From the NCBI GenBank assembly GCA_016200675.1, contig JACQEH010000058.1:1-44429 (forward strand): a stretch of DNA of 44,429 bases, in the 5' to 3' direction. Origin of the DNA: Chloroflexota bacterium. Lineage in GTDB: Bacteria > Chloroflexota > Limnocylindria > Limnocylindrales > CSP1-4. Positions 42,558 to 44,429 of this stretch are shown piece by piece (the first letter of the stretch is position 1; the number at the start of each line of letters is the position of its first letter). The notes beneath the pieces were generated by a model, which saw nothing but the letters and a program-made list of their open reading frames with translations, did no database searches and was not told the DNA's origin. A program made the translations under genes and the position numbers.

Positions 42558-43214
42558 CTAGAAGCCGAGCTCCCGAAGGACCGGCAGCATGGCCCGGGCC
42601 GCCCGGGCCCGATGCGAGATCGCGTGCTTCTCGACGGCCGAGTACAGGCCCAGCGTCCGGCCGCCCGGCGGTTCGCCCAGGGGCTCGAAGATCGGGTCGT
42701 AGCCGAAGCCGCCCGTCCCTCGCGGGCTCGTGGCGATCCGGCCCCGGCACGTCCCTCGCCGCAGAACCATTGGCAGCCCGCCGCGCGGGCCCGCATCCCC
42801 CGGCAGCGCGAGGGCGAGGACGCACACGTAGCGCGCGCCGCGGCGCTCGGGCGGCAGCCCGTCGAGCGCGGCCAGGAGCTTGGCGTTGTTGCCGGCATCG
42901 GTCGCGTCCGGGCCGGCGTAGCGGCGGGTTCGCACGCCGGGGCCGCCGTCGAGGGCGTCCACCTCGATCCCCGAGTCATCGGCGAGAGACGGCAGGCCCG
43001 TGACGCGGGCCGCCAAGCGAGCCTTGATGCGGGCGTTCGCCTCGAACGTCTGCCCGTCCTCGACGGCCTCGTCCGCGACACCCAGGTCGTCGAGCGTCAG
43101 GAGCTCGGCTTGCTCGAGGTGCAGGAGGTCGGCCAGCTCCCGCCGCTTGTGCTCCGAGTGGGTCGCGATGACAAGGCGCGGACGGGCCGCGCCTCGAGCG
43201 ACGGTGCCGGCCAC
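42558..43214 (-). CDS. rdgB: Non-canonical purine NTP pyrophosphatase (RdgB/HAM1 family)
   Basis: GTG at 43214, 5 nt after the rph stop. LVIATHSEHKRRELADLL...EDGQTFEANARIKA...LADDSGIEVDALDGGPGVRTRRYAG...GTGGFGYDPIF...EKHAISHRARA. The rest of track ORF 42558..44189 is shadow. Confidence 0.85.
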   Translation of the reverse strand: MAGTVARGAARPRLVIATHSEHKRRELADLLHLEQAELLTLDDLGVADEAVEDGQTFEANARIKARLAARVTGLPSLADDSGIEVDALDGGPGVRTRRYAGPDATDAGNNAKLLAALDGLPPERRGARYVCVLALALPGDAGPRGGLPMVLRRGTCRGRIATSPRGTGGFGYDPIFEPLGEPPGGRTLGLYSAVEKHAISHRARAARAMLPVLRELGF

Positions 43215-43219
43215 GCCGC

Positions 43220-43957
43220 CTAGCGCCGGACGGTGGCCAGGGCGCCGCCCTGGATCTCGAAGAGCCGGGCCAGGCCGGTGTTGGCCAGGTCGAGCAGGTC
43301 GTCGACGCGCTTCCGGTCGAAGGGCCGGCCCTCGGCCGTGCCCTGCAGCTCGACGTACGTCCCGGCGTCCGTGCCCACGACGTTGAAGTCGACCTCTGCC
43401 CCGGAGTCCTCGCCGTAGTCGAGGTCGAGGAACGGCACGCCGCCGACGACCCCGACCGAGACGGCCGCGACCTTGCCGACGATCAGGCGCTCCATGCCGT
43501 AGGTCATGAGGGCCGCGGCGAGGGCCGCGTAGCCGCCGGTGATCGAGGCGCAACGGGTCCCGCCGTCGGCCTGGAGGACGTCGCAGTCGACCGTGACCGT
43601 CCGCTCGCCGAGCTTGCCGAGGTCCACGACCCCCCGCAGCGATCGCCCGATGAGGCGCTGGATCTCGTGGGTCCGACCGCCGAGGCGGCCCTTGACGCTC
43701 TCGCGCTCCGAGCGCTCCGCCGTCGCCCGCGGGAGCATCGAGTACTCGGCCGTGACCCAGCCCGTGCCCTTGCCGCGGAGATGGGGCGGGACGCGGTCGG
43801 AGATCGTGGCCGCGCAGAGGACCTCGGTGTCCCCGACCCGGATCCGGCAGGAGCCCTCGGCCCACTTCAGCACACCCAGGGTCAGGGTCACAGGGCGCAT
43901 GTCGCCGGGACCGCGGCCGTCCGACCGGATGGCGCGCGGCGGATTGCCGATGCTCAT
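43220..43957 (-). CDS. rph: Ribonuclease PH
   Basis: RSDGRGPGDMRPV...GSCRIRVGDTEVLCAAT...GWVTAEYSMLPRAT...GRTHEIQRLIGRSLR...DCDVLQADGGTRCASITGGYAAL. Confidence 0.95.
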   Translation of the reverse strand: MSIGNPPRAIRSDGRGPGDMRPVTLTLGVLKWAEGSCRIRVGDTEVLCAATISDRVPPHLRGKGTGWVTAEYSMLPRATAERSERESVKGRLGGRTHEIQRLIGRSLRGVVDLGKLGERTVTVDCDVLQADGGTRCASITGGYAALAAALMTYGMERLIVGKVAAVSVGVVGGVPFLDLDYGEDSGAEVDFNVVGTDAGTYVELQGTAEGRPFDRKRVDDLLDLANTGLARLFEIQGGALATVRR

Positions 43958-44429
43958 GAGGCTCGCTCCTCCGCCTTGGCGGCATCCCAGTAGGTGTCGA
44001 GGGTAGCGAAGTCGAGGTCCCGCATGGCGACGCCCCGCTCGGCGACCATGCGCTCCACGCGACGGAAGCGGCCCCGGAACTTGTCGTTGGCGGCCCGCAG
44101 GGCGGCCTCCGTCTCGATGCCGAGCCGGCGACCGACGTTGACGACGACGAACAGGAGGTCCCCGAATTCCTCGCGGCGATTCGCGGCATCCGGGGCCGTG
44201 GCGAGCTCGGCCAGCTCCTCGGTGACCTTCTCGAGCACCCCGGCCATGTCGGGCCAGTCGTAGCCGATCGCGGCGGCGCGCTCCTGCATCTCCTGGCTCG
44301 CGGCGAGCGCCGGCAGGGAACGGCTGATCCCGTCGAGGGCGCCGGCCGCGGCGCCTGGCGCGGTTGCGGTCGGCGCCCCTGCCCCCGGTTCGCCGTCGGG
44401 CTCGGCGCCGTCGCCCGCGTCGCCGGCTC
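43954..44429 (-). CDS. mazG: MazG-family nucleoside triphosphate pyrophosphohydrolase, 3' part (5' end lies beyond the window)
   Basis: The frame is open to the window edge. LDGISRSLPALAASQEMQERAAAIGYDWPDMAGVLEKVTEELAEL...EFGDLLFVVVNVGRRLGIETEAALRAANDKFRGRF. ATGA overlap with the rph start. Confidence 0.8.
   Translation of the reverse strand, partial: AGDAGDGAEPDGEPGAGAPTATAPGAAAGALDGISRSLPALAASQEMQERAAAIGYDWPDMAGVLEKVTEELAELATAPDAANRREEFGDLLFVVVNVGRRLGIETEAALRAANDKFRGRFRRVERMVAERGVAMRDLDFATLDTYWDAAKAEERAS

Noticed and set aside
40943-43081. 712-aa minus-strand ORF, and the N-terminal 325 aa of ORF 42558..44189
   Set aside because: The first is antisense to the LCP gene. In the second, only the last 218 codons (rdgB) are real; the upstream part is an alternative frame of rph/mazG.

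Overview
This is a very GC-rich bacterial chromosomal segment, in the style of Actinomycetota or Chloroflexota genomes; taxonomy cannot be fixed from this window. All product calls come from motifs I recognise by eye, with no database search. Most of the long ORFs in the track are Arg/Pro/Gly-rich shadow frames of real genes and were discarded. I support about 45 protein-coding genes, 2 tRNA-Pro genes, several decayed genes and a few repeat or regulatory elements.

Gene content, left to right:
- 1-4709: GMC oxidoreductase (partial), DM13 protein, an OmpR-type two-component pair, and a Tat-dependent intradiol-dioxygenase-like protein.
- 4800-6142: an octanucleotide microsatellite sitting in a multi-frameshifted SRPBCC remnant, followed by a PadR operon.
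- 6487-9006: a receiver / histidine kinase / NarL-type regulator operon whose kinase is broken.
- 9202-10164: two secreted proteins.
- 10381-14531: an orphan CpaF-type ATPase fused to a RidA domain, then an RnfD/NqrB-like membrane protein and an AhpD-like protein.
- 14560-18677: a 1127-aa STAND (AAA+/TPR)-LuxR regulator translationally coupled to a ferredoxin-adenylate/guanylate-cyclase fusion.
- 19025-21960: ECF sigma factor, membrane-anchored beta-propeller protein and a TolB-like protein.
- 21985-22902: a stretch of gene fragments.
- 22903-26028: an SDR-like protein and an ABC-2 exporter operon with a TetR regulator.
- 26280-30515: a tRNA-Pro(CGG) hotspot. It holds a DUF4143 ATPase, a pRiA4b-ORF3-like gene, an AbiEi/AbiEii pair bracketed by a 17-bp repeat of the tRNA 3' end, and a truncated vapC.
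- 30534-32304: an MFS transporter and a stand-alone cNMP-binding protein.
- 32577-40651: a nitrogen cluster of glnN (GSIII), glnA (GSI), a PucR-like regulator, a GGDEF protein, an Lrp regulator and an LLM oxidoreductase.
- 40731-44429: tRNA-Pro(UGG), an LCP protein, and rdgB-rph-mazG.

The candidates I consider most worth follow-up:
- the integrase-less AbiE islet at tRNA-Pro and its neighbouring ATPase module;
- the STAND-LuxR plus ferredoxin-cyclase pair;
- the CpaF-RidA fusion cluster.

All three are hypotheses, not demonstrated systems.
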